Source: an uncultured Gammaproteobacteria bacterium
Lineage (GTDB): Bacteria; Pseudomonadota; Gammaproteobacteria; UBA9214
Length of the DNA stretch: 64,000 bases
Assembly (NCBI GenBank): GCA_963827755.1
Contig: CAWHCQ010000013.1
Location: forward strand, 64,001-128,000
Direction of reading: 5' to 3'
The notes beneath the pieces were generated by a model that saw nothing but the letters and a program-made list of their open reading frames with translations, made no database searches and had not been told where the DNA came from. The first letter of the stretch is position 1; each line of letters opens with the position of its first letter. A program made the position numbers and the translations under genes. Below are positions 21,283 through 32,344 of this stretch, piece after piece.

Positions 21283-21992
21283 TTGGGGCGCCTTGCAGGC
21301 GCGGTTTTTATTTGTATGCGGGCTCTCGCGCCCGCCGGCGAGGTACTTTCTCTTGCTTCGCCACAAGAGAAAGTACCCAAAGAGAAAGGCACCCGGAGCA
21401 CTCACCGCTCAGGCAATACTCATGCTGTCAATGAGCTAATACGGTCCCCTGCGTTCCTCGCCAATCCGGGGGCCGCGCACAACTCGCAATCTCGCTGCGC
21501 TCGAAAGCTCAGACAGGGTGCGCGGCTATTCCCCGGATTGGCTGCGGTACTCGGTGAGTGCTACGGGAGGGGTAGATCAACCCCCCATACTCACCGATTG
21601 GGGTTTGATCTACCCCTCCCGTAGGCGCAGCCGAGCATCGCAGTGAAAACCGGATGAAGCATGCGCCCTGTCTGAGCTTTCGAGCGCAGCGAGATTGCGA
21701 GTTGCGCATGCGCCGGTTTTCGCGAGAAGCGCAGGGAACCCGCGCAGCGGGCAAGCCTCCGGGCCGCCTTTCTTTTGGATACGTTTCTTTGGCGGAGCAA
21801 AGAAAAGTATCTCGCCGCGCGGGCGCGAGAGCCCGCATCCAAATAAAACCGCGCCTGTAAGGCGCTCCAACAAAGAAATCAGCGGAGCGGAGAAAGGTGC
21901 CTCGCCGGCGGGCGCGAGAGCCCGCATTCAATAAAACCAGCGCCTGCAAGGCGCTCCTCCAAGTTAGCGAAGCAAAACAAAGAAAAGCACCC
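21283..21992. repeat. Large fold-back palindromic element, copy 2
   Basis: Same modules and identical central loop (tagatcaaccccccatactcaccgattggggtttgatcta) as 5624-6380; between convergent genes. Confidence 0.9.
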
Positions 21993-21997
21993 CACCC

Positions 21998-22498
21998 TCA
22001 GGCATTCATGCAGCACTTCTTGTATTTTTTACCGCTGCCGCAGGGGCAGGGCTCGTTGCGGCCGATCTTGGGTGCTTCGCGCCTGGCCGGGCCGTCGCTG
22101 ATCATCTTGCCGTCGAAAAAGTACCAGGTCCCGTCCGCTTTTCTGAATTCGGCCAGTTCATGGTGTGTCAGCGGGCTGCCGTGGCGCTTGTAAGTGACCT
22201 TGAATTCAACCAGGCCGCTGCTGTCATCGATGCCGCCCTGTTCGGTCCTGACGATTTCAAGCCCCTGCCAGTCGGCATCCCTGGCCCATTTGGCTGCGCC
22301 GGCCTCGTCGAAATCGTCGCGTTCTTTCGAGTGCAGGGTGCGGGAAAGATAGGGAATATCCTCCAGCACATAGGCCGTATAGCGTGAGCGCATCAATGCC
22401 TCGGCGGTGGGCGCCGGGGTGGTTCCCTTGATGCAGGGTTCGCAGCACTCGGCAAAGGGTTTGCCGGATTGACAGTAACATTCCCGGGTTTCGCTCAT
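21998..22498 (-). CDS. ychJ: YchJ family protein with SEC-C motifs
   Basis: CYCQSG...[32 protein letters not shown]. Confidence 0.9.
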   Translation of the reverse strand: MSETRECYCQSGKPFAECCEPCIKGTTPAPTAEALMRSRYTAYVLEDIPYLSRTLHSKERDDFDEAGAAKWARDADWQGLEIVRTEQGGIDDSSGLVEFKVTYKRHGSPLTHHELAEFRKADGTWYFFDGKMISDGPARREAPKIGRNEPCPCGSGKKYKKCCMNA

Positions 22499-22589
22499 GC
22501 TGATCCTGTTTTTGTGTGCTTATGTTCAGAGGCAATTCTTTTAGCGAACTGCATGCGGCTTGTCAAATAACCGTGATCACAGGGCTTGA

Positions 22590-22991
22590 TTATTTCTTGA
22601 TATGTTTGATATAGCGCGGATGCCCGATTTGTTCCAGTTGCATGCTCTCGCCCTCGATCGAGAAGCCCATGCTTGCACCCGCCGTTTTGAGTGTACATGC
22701 CACCCCGCCACGCCAGTTGATGGGCAGCGGCGCGTGATTGCGATAGGTGTAGATGTTGTCGGTCATGTCGCCCCCCGCCACCTCGCAGGGGCATTCAGGC
22801 AGTTCGCCCTCAAGCTCGATACCCTTGATGGTCAGGTTCACAGCCTGGGTCCAGAGTGAATCCTCGAACGTCCCTTCCATTTCCTGTACCAGGTTGACCC
22901 GGGAGAAGTGCAGGGTGATCTGGTCGTCACCCTGTTCAATCGACTCCAGCTGTGCACCGGGTAATTGCAAAAAATATGTCGTATCGCTCAT
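22590..22991 (-). CDS. Hypothetical protein
   Basis: 133-aa acidic ORF filling the gap, co-oriented with neighbours; no motif recognised. Confidence 0.7.
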   Translation of the reverse strand: MSDTTYFLQLPGAQLESIEQGDDQITLHFSRVNLVQEMEGTFEDSLWTQAVNLTIKGIELEGELPECPCEVAGGDMTDNIYTYRNHAPLPINWRGGVACTLKTAGASMGFSIEGESMQLEQIGHPRYIKHIKK

Positions 22992-23058
22992 GGTTATTGC
23001 CTTTATAACTCCCTCTCCCTGTTTATATCTACTCGTACCGGCCTTTCCCCGGAGGGGG

Positions 23059-25161
23059 TTAGTGATCCGTTATCTCCGGTGTTGCGGGTTCTGATTTAGA
23101 GAGTTGTGCATCGAAACTCTCCAGCCCGGTAACGGGCTCGCCGCACACCAGGCCGTTACAGATGTAGGCAACCACATCGCTGCCGGGACTGCGTTCTGCA
23201 AGCCCGGCAGGCAACCCAACGGCTGTTGCAGGGATGGCCAGGGTGATTCTGGAAGGCGCATAAACCCTTGCAGCACGTGCATGCCAGTCATTCAGCGAAC
23301 GACCGTCGCCGCGGATGATAACAGTCTGGAATCCCAGCAGGGATTCTTCCAGTGCCAGCAGCAGGCTGGTGTGTGCATGCGGCATGTCCCTGATGCCGGC
23401 CCAGATACTTTTCAGCGTGTTCTCGGCCGCTTCCAGGTAGCGGCTTTCGCCGAGGATGTGGCCAAGGCGGCCAAGCACCTTGGCGGCGATGCCGTTGCCC
23501 GCGGGTGTGGCATCGTCATGATCCGGCCTGGGACGGTGGATGAGGGCTTCATGGTCATTCGAGGTAAAGAAGAATCCGCCTGCCGGGTCCTGGAAATGCC
23601 CGAGTACGACTTCCGCGAGTTCAATGGCAAATTGCAGGTCACCGTCCCGCCAGCGCACCTGCAGCAGTTCGAGGATGCCGTCGATCAGGTAGACATAATC
23701 ATCGAGGTAGGCATTCAGGTGTGCATGACCGTCCTTGCAAGTCGCCAGCAGGCGGCCGTTTTTCCAGAGGGTGCTGTGGATAAAGTCGAGTGAGCGTTCC
23801 GCCGAGTCGACCCAGCCGGTTTCATTCAGGTAGCGGCCCGCCATGGCCATGCCGCGGATCATCAGGCCGTTCCATGATGTCAGTACCTTGTCATCCCGGC
23901 CGGGGTGAACCCGTTGCTTGCGCAGCTGGAACAGGGTTTCGCGGGCGCGCATGACGGCTTGTTCGATCACGGACGGGTGCTGTGAAAATTCCTCGCCGAG
24001 TTGCGCACAGCTGCGGTAGACGTGCAGGTGCCACTTGCCTTCAAAATTGGCAGGCCGGTCCAGGCCATAGCGGCGGGCAAAAATCGCGTAGTCTTCCTCG
24101 CCAATCTGTGTGCGCACCTCCTCCGGCGTCCACGCATAGAACCTGCCTTCCTCGCCCTCGGAATCGGCGTCCAGGCTGGAGTAGTAGCCGCCATCAGGCG
24201 CCTGCATTTCCCGCATCACCCAGCCTGCGGTGTGCTGGCAGGTGCGTTTGAACAGCGGATTGGCGGTGGCGGCCCAGGCCTCGGCATACAGGGCGAGCAG
24301 GGCGCCGTTGTCATAGAGCATTTTCTCGAAATGCGGAATCATCCAGCGCGCGTCGACCGAGTAGCGGCAGAAGCCGCCCCCGAGCTGATCGAAGATGCCG
24401 CCATGTGCCATCTTTTCCAGCGAAAAGACGGCCATGTGTAATGCCCGCCTGTCCGGTTCACCGGAGCTGGAGTTGCCCCTGGCCCAGTGACGTAACAGCC
24501 GTTCGATGCTGGTTGGATGGGGGAATTTCGGCGCCTCGCCGAAGCCGCCTTCGCGTTCATCGAAATTCCTTTCCAGTTGCTGTCTTGCCGCATCCAGCGG
24601 TGCCGGGTTGAGACTTTCGCTTGCCGGGGAGCGGGCTGACATCGATTGCAGGGCATTGATCAACGAGGTGTTCTGCGTCCTGATTTCGTCGCCGCGCTCG
24701 GCCAGGAAGCTGTCGATATGCTGCATCAGTTCGCGAAATGACGGCATGCCGTGGCGCGGCTTGTCCGGGAAATAGGTGCCGGCAAAAAACGGCACATGGT
24801 CATCCGGTGTGAGAAACACGGTCAACGGCCAGCCGCCCGGGCGCCGGGTCAGCAGTGAATGGGCCGTCTGGTAGATCTTGTCGATGTCCGGACGTTCTTC
24901 CCGGTCAACCTTGATGTTGATGAACAGCCGGTTCATCAGTTCGGCCGTGGCCTCGTCCTCAAAGGACTCGTGGGCCATCACGTGGCACCAGTGGCAGGCC
25001 GAGTAGCCGATGGAGAGGAGGATGGGCTTGTTCTCTGTACGCGCCTTTTCCAGCGCCTCCGGCCCCCAGGGATACCAGTCGACCGGGTTGCCGGCATGCT
25101 GCAGCAGGTAGGGACTGGTCTCGTGGGCGAGATGATTGCCGGAGTCGTTCTGTTGTTTCAT
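23059..25161 (-). CDS. Thioredoxin-domain protein, YyaL/SPATA20 (DUF255) family
   Basis: [42 protein letters not shown]. Confidence 0.93.
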   Translation of the reverse strand: MKQQNDSGNHLAHETSPYLLQHAGNPVDWYPWGPEALEKARTENKPILLSIGYSACHWCHVMAHESFEDEATAELMNRLFINIKVDREERPDIDKIYQTAHSLLTRRPGGWPLTVFLTPDDHVPFFAGTYFPDKPRHGMPSFRELMQHIDSFLAERGDEIRTQNTSLINALQSMSARSPASESLNPAPLDAARQQLERNFDEREGGFGEAPKFPHPTSIERLLRHWARGNSSSGEPDRRALHMAVFSLEKMAHGGIFDQLGGGFCRYSVDARWMIPHFEKMLYDNGALLALYAEAWAATANPLFKRTCQHTAGWVMREMQAPDGGYYSSLDADSEGEEGRFYAWTPEEVRTQIGEEDYAIFARRYGLDRPANFEGKWHLHVYRSCAQLGEEFSQHPSVIEQAVMRARETLFQLRKQRVHPGRDDKVLTSWNGLMIRGMAMAGRYLNETGWVDSAERSLDFIHSTLWKNGRLLATCKDGHAHLNAYLDDYVYLIDGILELLQVRWRDGDLQFAIELAEVVLGHFQDPAGGFFFTSNDHEALIHRPRPDHDDATPAGNGIAAKVLGRLGHILGESRYLEAAENTLKSIWAGIRDMPHAHTSLLLALEESLLGFQTVIIRGDGRSLNDWHARAARVYAPSRITLAIPATAVGLPAGLAERSPGSDVVAYICNGLVCGEPVTGLESFDAQLSKSEPATPEITDH

Positions 25162-25349
25162 ATCAGCTGCGTGTTCCGTCGTCCTGTCCGCGCCCCGGTA
25201 AGTGGCGTTGTACTATATCGGAACACCTGTAAGCTGTCTTCGCAAATACGTGTTTACACCCACATGCTGTAAGGTAATGACATGGATCGATTGATTCACA
25301 CCCCGGTGTGCAACAAGGCGCCAGGACTCCCGGTACGTCGCACGAGCGA

Positions 25350-26939
25350 ATGAGTCTGCGTGCCGCAGCATGGCCGGGTCTGCTGGCTGCGTGGCTGCTC
25401 GTCCTGTTGACGGCGCTGCTGACGCGTTCGCTGGTCCCGGTCGATGAAACGCGCTATGCCGGCGTTGCCTGGGAGATGTGGTCCCGCGGTGATTTCCTGG
25501 TCCCCCGGCTCAACGGTGAACCCTACAGCCACAAGCCGCCCCTGTTTTTCTGGCTGGTGCATGCCGGCTGGTGGCTGTTCGGAGTAAAGGAGTGGGTGGT
25601 GCGCGCGGTTGCCCCGCTCACGGCATTGCTGGTGCTGCTGGCAAGCGGATACCTCGCCCGGCAATTGTGGCCGAAGGCGGACACGGCAGCATGGCTGGTA
25701 CCCTGGGTCCTGTTCGGCAGCATCTTTTACTGCGCGTTCTACAGCTGGGTGCAGATCGACATGCTGCTGGTGTTGTTCACGGTGCTGGCGATGACCGGCC
25801 TGGTCAGGGCAGCGCAGGGCCGTGGCAGCGGCTGGATCGTGACCGGCTGCGCCATCGGCCTGGGTGTGCTGGCAAAGGGGCCGGTAATCCTGCTGCATGT
25901 CTTGCCGGTTGCCCTGCTGGCGCCGCTATGGAAACGCGATGCCGCCGCGCGCTTCTGGCCGGCCTGGTACACGGGTGTGCTGGCGAGCGTGGCGCTGGGC
26001 GCGGTGATTGCACTGGCCTGGGCCTTGCCGGCCGCACAGGCCGGTGGCGAGGCCTATCGGAACGCCATCCTCTGGGGGCAAACCGCAAACCGGCTGGTGA
26101 GTTCGTTTGCCCATAATCACCCGCCGTGGTGGTATCTCCCGTGGCTGGCCGTGCTGCTTGCGCCCTGGTGTTTTCTCCCCTGGCTGTGGTCGGGCCTGCG
26201 CCGCGCGAAACCGGCCAGGGATGAAGGCCTGCGCTTTTGCCTGGTCTGGCTGCTATCGGTATTTGCGCTGCTCAGCCTGGTGAGTGGCAAGCAGCTCAAA
26301 TACCTGTTGCCCCTGCAACCGGCCGTTGCCCTGCTGGTGAGCCGCGTGGCGGGCCTGCAGGATTCTGCGCAGGTCAGGGGGCGTCCCTGGCTGTTGGCCG
26401 GTGTGTTGCTGGTCACGGGTGCGGCCGTGATGCTGCTCCCGTTTGTGTTGCACAAGCCGGCATGGATCAACGAGGTCCATCCCGTCTGGGGCGGACTGCT
26501 GATGATTGCCGCCATCACGGTTGTTCTGCTGCGCCCGGTTCCTGCCGCGCCCTGCCTGCTGCGGATTTCCCTGTTATCCGTATTTGTCATCGCTGTTGTG
26601 CAACTGGGTGTATTCAGGCCGGCGGCACCGGCCTATGACCTGCAGGCGGCCAGCCGGCTGCTTGCAAGGGCGCAGCAGGCGGGGCGCACGGTGGCCGTCA
26701 CCAGCCGTTACCATGGCCAGTTCGGATTTTATGGCCGCCTGACGCAACCGATCCTGTATATTCCCGATGACAGCGTCGTGGCATGGGCAGCGCAGCACCC
26801 GGATGCCTGCCTGGTGCTGGTCTACCGCGATGGCCGGGATGAATATCCACGGGCGCTGTTTTCCCAGCCTTATCGCGGTGGCCGGCTTGTCATCAGCGAA
26901 GCCCGGGCGATAACTGCGCCTGCCGATCTGCCACATTAG
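25350..26939 (+). CDS. ArnT/PMT-like membrane glycosyltransferase (alternative start 25308)
   Basis: DETRY...EM, KPPLFFW, LAKGPV, HPPWWYLP, many TM segments. Confidence 0.85.
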   Translation: MSLRAAAWPGLLAAWLLVLLTALLTRSLVPVDETRYAGVAWEMWSRGDFLVPRLNGEPYSHKPPLFFWLVHAGWWLFGVKEWVVRAVAPLTALLVLLASGYLARQLWPKADTAAWLVPWVLFGSIFYCAFYSWVQIDMLLVLFTVLAMTGLVRAAQGRGSGWIVTGCAIGLGVLAKGPVILLHVLPVALLAPLWKRDAAARFWPAWYTGVLASVALGAVIALAWALPAAQAGGEAYRNAILWGQTANRLVSSFAHNHPPWWYLPWLAVLLAPWCFLPWLWSGLRRAKPARDEGLRFCLVWLLSVFALLSLVSGKQLKYLLPLQPAVALLVSRVAGLQDSAQVRGRPWLLAGVLLVTGAAVMLLPFVLHKPAWINEVHPVWGGLLMIAAITVVLLRPVPAAPCLLRISLLSVFVIAVVQLGVFRPAAPAYDLQAASRLLARAQQAGRTVAVTSRYHGQFGFYGRLTQPILYIPDDSVVAWAAQHPDACLVLVYRDGRDEYPRALFSQPYRGGRLVISEARAITAPADLPH

Positions 26940-26951
26940 CCAGGAAACACG

Positions 26952-28151
26952 ATGACAACGACAGACTTGCCGGTACTGATACTGAAAAAGAATGAAGACC
27001 GCCGTCTGCGGGCCGGGCATCTCTGGGTCTACAGCAACGAGGTTGATACCGGGAAGACACCGCTCAACGGGTTCGAGCCGGGCAGTCTTGCGGTGGTCCA
27101 GTCTGCAAGCGGACAGGCACTGGGTGCGGCCTATGTGAACCCGCACTCCCTGATCTGTGCACGGCTCTACAGCCGGCGTCCGCGCAGCGCGTTTGACGCG
27201 GCATTTTTCGAACGGCGTTTCAGGTCGGCCCTGGCGTTGCGTGAATCACTCTTTGAGCGTCCATTTTATCGAATGGTATTTGGCGAGAGCGATGGCCTGC
27301 CCGGCCTGGTCGTCGATCGCTATGCCGACGTGCTGGTCGTGCAGATCACCACGGCCGGAATGGAAAGGGTCCGCGCGGTTATCCTCGAGGCCTTGCAGCA
27401 GGTCGTGGCACCTGCCGGTATCCTGCTGCTCAATGATAACCCGGTGCGCACCCTGGAAGGCCTTGACCAGGTCACGGAGGTGATCGGCGCGGTACCCGAA
27501 AGCGTATTCCTGGAAGAGGGCGGGGCACGTTTCGAAGTGCCGCTGGGTGGCGGGCAGAAGACCGGCTGGTTCTTTGACCAGCGTGATAACCGGCTGGCGA
27601 TGCACAAGTATGTGAAGGGCAAGCGGGTGCTGGATGCCTTCAGTTATATCGGTGCCTGGGGTGTGCAGGCTGCCGTGGCAGGTGCATCTGAAGTGTGCTG
27701 CGTGGATTCTTCCAGCGCTGCGCTGGAGTTCATTCGCAGAAATGCCGTGGCGAATAACGTGGCTGACAGGCTCAGCATTGAAGGTGGTGATGCTTTTGAT
27801 ATCATGGGCGCCATGAAAGAGGCTGGCCGCAAGTTCGATGTTGTGATTGTTGATCCGCCCGCCTTCATAAAACGGCGCAAGAATATTAAAGCGGGCGAAC
27901 AGGGTTATGCCCGTTTGAACCGTCTGGCAATGCAGTTACTCGGGCCGGACGGGATACTGGTATCCTGCTCCTGTTCCATGCATCTGACCGAGGCGCGCCT
28001 GCAGGGTATCCTGCTGCAATCAGCCCGCAAGCTGGCCCGCCATCTGCAGATCATCGAGCGTGGTTTCCAGGCGATTGATCACCCGGTGCATCCGGCCATA
28101 CCGGAGACCGCCTATCTGAAGGCCCTGTTTTGCCGCATACCGGCAACCTGA
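26952..28151 (+). CDS. rlmI: RlmI-family SAM-dependent rRNA methyltransferase
   Basis: GHLWVYSNE, ESDGLPGLVVDRY, GQKTGWFFDQR, DPPAF, ETAYLK. Confidence 0.82.
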   Translation: MTTTDLPVLILKKNEDRRLRAGHLWVYSNEVDTGKTPLNGFEPGSLAVVQSASGQALGAAYVNPHSLICARLYSRRPRSAFDAAFFERRFRSALALRESLFERPFYRMVFGESDGLPGLVVDRYADVLVVQITTAGMERVRAVILEALQQVVAPAGILLLNDNPVRTLEGLDQVTEVIGAVPESVFLEEGGARFEVPLGGGQKTGWFFDQRDNRLAMHKYVKGKRVLDAFSYIGAWGVQAAVAGASEVCCVDSSSAALEFIRRNAVANNVADRLSIEGGDAFDIMGAMKEAGRKFDVVIVDPPAFIKRRKNIKAGEQGYARLNRLAMQLLGPDGILVSCSCSMHLTEARLQGILLQSARKLARHLQIIERGFQAIDHPVHPAIPETAYLKALFCRIPAT

Positions 28152-28172
28152 TACCCGTCCCGGAAATACTTC

Positions 28173-28970
28173 ATGCTGCACTATCCCGAGATTGATCCTG
28201 TTGCCGTTTCCTTTGGTGTCTTCGAGGTGCACTGGTACGGTCTCATGTACCTGCTTGCGTTTGTTGCCGGCTGGTGGCTTGGAGTAGTGCGCACGCGACG
28301 TGCGGGGACTGAATGGCGTGCGAATGAGATCAGTGACCTGCTGTTTTATGTTGCGCTGGGTGTGATACTCGGCGGGCGTATCGGCTATACCCTGGCCTAT
28401 AATTTCAGCAGTTTCATGGCCGACCCGCTGCTGATCTTTCGTATCTGGCAGGGTGGAATGTCCTACCACGGCGGCATGGTCGGCGTATTCGTGGCCATGT
28501 GGATGTATGCGCGGCATACCGGGCGCACCTTCTTTGTCGTGACCGACTATCTTGCCCCGCTGGTGCCAATCGGGCTGGGTGCCGGTCGCCTGGGTAATTT
28601 TATCAACGGTGAATTGTGGGGCCGACCGACTGATCTTCCCTGGGGCATGGTCTTTCCCTATGTGGACTCGCTGCCGCGGCATCCGTCCATGCTCTATGAA
28701 TTATTGCTCGAGGGGATCGTGTTTTTTGCCATCCTGTGGATTTATTCACGCAAGCCGCGGCCGACCATGGCCGTTTCCGGCCTGTATCTGCTATGTTATG
28801 GCGTGTTCAGGTTCGCTGTTGAATTTGTCCGCGTGCCGGATGCGCATATCGGCTTCCTCGCCTTTGACTGGCTGACCATGGGGCACTTGCTGTCTTTTCC
28901 CATGATCATTATCGGGCTTGTATTTTTTGTGTATGCCTTGCGACGCACGGATGGCAAGGTGAGCTGGTAA
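28173..28970 (+). CDS. lgt: Prolipoprotein diacylglyceryl transferase
   Basis: HWYGLMY, GGRIGY, GGMSYHGG, RLGNFINGELWGR. Confidence 0.97.
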   Translation: MLHYPEIDPVAVSFGVFEVHWYGLMYLLAFVAGWWLGVVRTRRAGTEWRANEISDLLFYVALGVILGGRIGYTLAYNFSSFMADPLLIFRIWQGGMSYHGGMVGVFVAMWMYARHTGRTFFVVTDYLAPLVPIGLGAGRLGNFINGELWGRPTDLPWGMVFPYVDSLPRHPSMLYELLLEGIVFFAILWIYSRKPRPTMAVSGLYLLCYGVFRFAVEFVRVPDAHIGFLAFDWLTMGHLLSFPMIIIGLVFFVYALRRTDGKVSW

Positions 28971-28988
28971 GTGACGTCTGGTATTTAC

Positions 28989-29056
28989 TGTAGGAGCGGA
29001 TCTCATCCGCGATAATTCTGCATGAATACCTGTCGCGCTTGAGAAGCGCTCCTGCA
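28989..29056. repeat. REP doublet of the same family as 12597-12887
   Basis: tgtaggagcggatctcatccgcgat ... gtcgcgcttgagaagcgctcctgca. Confidence 0.85.
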
Positions 29057-29107
29057 GGTCACTGCTCTTCCGGAGCGGAGCTGAAACAGGGGAGTGACGG
29101 AGTAAAA

Positions 29108-29902
29108 ATGAAGCAGTATCTCGACTTGATGCGGCATGTGCGTGATCACGGTGCCCGCAAGGAAGACCGCACCGGGACCGGGACACTGAGTGTCTTCGGT
29201 TACCAGATGCGTTTTGACCTGGCGCAGGGTTTTCCGCTGGTTACCACCAAGAAAATACACCTGCGTTCCATCCTGCATGAATTGCTGTGGTTTTTGAAAG
29301 GCGATACCAATATCCGTTACCTGCATCAGAACAAGGTGACGATCTGGGACGAGTGGGCCGATGAGCAGGGTGATCTCGGGCCGGTGTATGGCTACCAGTG
29401 GCGCTCCTGGCCGACAGCGGACGGGCGACATATCGACCAGATCAGCCAGGTGATTCACCAGATCAGGAATAACCCGGACTCGCGGCGTATCATCGTCAGC
29501 GCCTGGAATGTCGCTGATATCGAAAACATGGCCCTGCCGCCCTGCCATGCCTTTTTCCAGTTCTACGTGACCGACGGGAAACTGTCCTGCCAGTTGTACC
29601 AGCGCAGTGCCGATATCTTTCTCGGTGTGCCGTTCAATATTGCATCCTATGCACTGTTGCTGCAGATGATGGCGCAGGTGACCGGGCTGCAGGCGGGCGA
29701 ATTTGTGCATACCTTCGGCGATGCGCATCTGTATCTGAATCACCTCGAGCAGGTCGAGCTGCAATTGTCACGCTCACCGCATACCCTGCCGGTGATGCAG
29801 CTCAATCCCGATATAAAAGACCTGTTCGATTTCAGCTTTGACGATTTCGAGCTGACCAACTATGACCCGCATCCGCATATCAAGGCGCCGGTTGCGGTCT
29901 GA
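29108..29902 (+). CDS. thyA: Thymidylate synthase
   Basis: [35 protein letters not shown]. Confidence 0.98.
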   Translation: MKQYLDLMRHVRDHGARKEDRTGTGTLSVFGYQMRFDLAQGFPLVTTKKIHLRSILHELLWFLKGDTNIRYLHQNKVTIWDEWADEQGDLGPVYGYQWRSWPTADGRHIDQISQVIHQIRNNPDSRRIIVSAWNVADIENMALPPCHAFFQFYVTDGKLSCQLYQRSADIFLGVPFNIASYALLLQMMAQVTGLQAGEFVHTFGDAHLYLNHLEQVELQLSRSPHTLPVMQLNPDIKDLFDFSFDDFELTNYDPHPHIKAPVAV

Positions 29903-29910
29903 CTCCAGGC

Positions 29911-30411
29911 ATGAAGATTTCCATTGTCGTGGCGATGGCCGCCAACCGGGTGATCGGCAGGGACAACCAGCTGCCCTGGCACCTGCCCGCGGACCTGAAG
30001 CATTTCAGGGAAACCACCATGGGCAAGCCGATCCTCATGGGGCGCAAGACCTGGGAGTCGATTGGCCGGCCATTGCCGGGGCGCACGAGTATCGTCATTA
30101 CCCGTGATGAAGACTATGAAGCACCCGGCTGCATCGTGGTGCATTCCATCGAGGCCGCCCTGCAGGCCGCGGGAGAACAGGATGAGGTGATGGTGATCGG
30201 TGGCGCGGAGTTTTACCGCCAGGTGCTGGCGCATGCCGATACCATTTACCTGACCCTTGTCCACCGGGACTTCGAGGGCGATACCCGCTTCCCGCGGCTG
30301 GATGAAGCCGAGTGGGAGGAGACCGGGCGGGTTGATTGTGAGGCCGATGAGAGCAACCCGTATGCCTGGAGTTTTATCAGGCTTGACCGGGTGCGTGCGC
30401 AGGACGATTGA
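29911..30411 (+). CDS. folA: Dihydrofolate reductase
   Basis: LPWHLPADL, MGRKTWESIGRPLPGR, IGGAE, GDTRFP. Confidence 0.97.
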   Translation: MKISIVVAMAANRVIGRDNQLPWHLPADLKHFRETTMGKPILMGRKTWESIGRPLPGRTSIVITRDEDYEAPGCIVVHSIEAALQAAGEQDEVMVIGGAEFYRQVLAHADTIYLTLVHRDFEGDTRFPRLDEAEWEETGRVDCEADESNPYAWSFIRLDRVRAQDD

Positions 30412-30412
30412 C

Positions 30413-31558
30413 TTGAGCAAGACAGTTAACCCGCTGGGTGAACTTGCCGCGGAACGTTTCCTGAAGGACTACTGGCAAAAGCAGCCCCTGGTCATCCGGC
30501 AGGCCTTTGCGGGTTTTCAGTCACCGATCAGTGCCGAAGAGCTGGCAGGCCTGGCCTGTGAAGACGGCGTGGATTCCAGGATCGTGATCGAGAAGGGCGG
30601 CGAACATCCGTGGCAGACGATTTATGGCCCGATGGATGAAGCGGTTTTCAGCACCTTGCCGGAAACGCACTGGACCCTGCTGGTGAATGATGTAGAAAAA
30701 CATATCCCGGGCCTCGCCTGGGTTGTCGACAGCTTCAGGTTCATTCCCGAGTGGCGCATCGATGACCTGATGATCAGTTATGCACCCGAGGGCGGGTCTG
30801 TCGGTCCGCACCTGGACCAGTACGATGCATTTATCCTGCAGGCGCAGGGCCACCGGCGCTGGCAGATACATAGCCGCGAGGTTGCCGCTGACAACCAGGT
30901 CGCGAATACCGATTTGCGCATCCACAGGGATTTTGTTGCCGAGCAGGAATGGTTGCTTGAACCCGGCGACATGATTTACCTGCCGCCCGGCGTGTCCCAT
31001 TACGGTGTGGCAACCGATGACTGCCTGAGTTTTTCGATCGGCTTTCGTGCAGCCACCCATGCTGAAATGCTGGAAAGCTATGTCGGCCATATCAGCGAGG
31101 GCCTGCCCGCCGAGCTGACTTACCGGGATCCTTCCCTGCAGGTGCAGCGCCATCCAAACGAAATTACGGCCGCTACCATGGAAGCGGTAAGGTCCATGCT
31201 CGGCGAATACCTGAAACCGGATAACCCGGCATTCCCGGCCTGGTTCGGGCGCTTCGTCAGCGAGACGAAGGCGGACCTGTTGATCGGGAACGATGACCGT
31301 TTTGACGATCTTTCAACGTTGGTATCTGTGCACGCGGCACTTGTCCGCAACCCGGCAAGTCGTTTTGCATTCTGGCAGGATAACAACAATGTGCTGTTGT
31401 TTGTTGATGGCAGCGAGTTCCGGGTAACTTCTGCCTTTGCAGAATCGTTGTGTGATCAACGCGAGATCGACGCAGCTGCCCTGTCCGAATCCATAACGGC
31501 TGACGAGGCCGGGTTGTTGCTGGACTTTTACAACAGCGGCAAGTTGATTCCTGGTTGA
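30413..31558 (+). CDS. roxA: JmjC/cupin ribosomal protein L16 hydroxylase-like (RoxA/YcfD)
   Basis: FLKDYWQKQP, WRIDDLMISYA, VGPHLDQYD, EPGDMIYLPPG; TTG start inferred. Confidence 0.8.
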   Translation: MSKTVNPLGELAAERFLKDYWQKQPLVIRQAFAGFQSPISAEELAGLACEDGVDSRIVIEKGGEHPWQTIYGPMDEAVFSTLPETHWTLLVNDVEKHIPGLAWVVDSFRFIPEWRIDDLMISYAPEGGSVGPHLDQYDAFILQAQGHRRWQIHSREVAADNQVANTDLRIHRDFVAEQEWLLEPGDMIYLPPGVSHYGVATDDCLSFSIGFRAATHAEMLESYVGHISEGLPAELTYRDPSLQVQRHPNEITAATMEAVRSMLGEYLKPDNPAFPAWFGRFVSETKADLLIGNDDRFDDLSTLVSVHAALVRNPASRFAFWQDNNNVLLFVDGSEFRVTSAFAESLCDQREIDAAALSESITADEAGLLLDFYNSGKLIPG

Positions 31559-31578
31559 TGCGAGGTTATCGGAAGGAG

Positions 31579-31812
31579 GTGAGAAGTGAGAAGTGAGAGA
31601 GTGAGAAGTGAGAAGTGAGAAGTGAGAAGTGAGAGAGTGAGAAGTGAGAGAGTGAGAAGTGAGAGGTGAGAAGTGAGAGGTGAGAAGTGAGAGTGCATAA
31701 CTACTTTGCAGCCTGGGCAGGCAAACAGACCCTCTTTTTTCACTCTTCACTCTCTCACTCTTCACTCTTCACTCTTCACTTCTCACTCTCTCACTTCTCA
31801 CTTCTGACTTCT
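31579..31812. repeat. Heptamer microsatellite arranged as an inverted repeat
   Basis: (GTGAGAA/GTGAGAG/GTGAGA)n at 31579-31694 and (TTCACTC/TTCTCAC)n at 31739-31812. Confidence 0.9.
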
Positions 31813-31824
31813 TGAGTTAAAAAA

Positions 31825-32274
31825 ATGGATCCAGCATTCAAACTGACACATTGTAGCTGGCAGGATAACAGCGAGGCGCTTACCGCCGTCCGGCGGACCG
31901 TCTTCGTAGACGAGCAACATGTCCCGAAAGCACTTGAGCTGGACGGGTCAGACAGGTTCTTTCACCACGTGCTGGTTACCGGTAAAGATAATCTACCCGT
32001 TGGTGCCGGCAGGATAGGCACCGATGGGCATATCGGCAGAATGGCCGTGTTGAAGGCATATCGACGCCAGGGGATAGGCTCTGCGTTACTCCTGGCCCTG
32101 CTTGATTACGCCCGGCAGAAGGAATACGCCGGTGTTTATTTGCATGCGCAACTCGGCGCCATTCCCTTTTATGAAAAGCATGGCTTCATTGTCCGGGGTG
32201 AACAATTCATGGATGCCGGGATTGTGCACAGGAACATGGTTTATAAACCTGCGCAGGGTCAACCCCTCAACTAG
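31825..32274 (+). CDS. GNAT acetyltransferase (ElaA/YjcF-like)
   Basis: RRTVFVDEQ, IGRMAV, RRQGIG, LHAQ, FYEKHGF, DAGIVH. Confidence 0.88.
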   Translation: MDPAFKLTHCSWQDNSEALTAVRRTVFVDEQHVPKALELDGSDRFFHHVLVTGKDNLPVGAGRIGTDGHIGRMAVLKAYRRQGIGSALLLALLDYARQKEYAGVYLHAQLGAIPFYEKHGFIVRGEQFMDAGIVHRNMVYKPAQGQPLN

Positions 32275-32344
32275 CGCGAAACCGGCGAGACAGTAAACCT
32301 GTCCCCGCTGAAGGTGGATACACTCGACTGTCGCAGTGGCACTG

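Noticed and set aside
31313-31765. ORFs with SHFSLLT repeats
   Set aside because: Translation of the heptamer satellite
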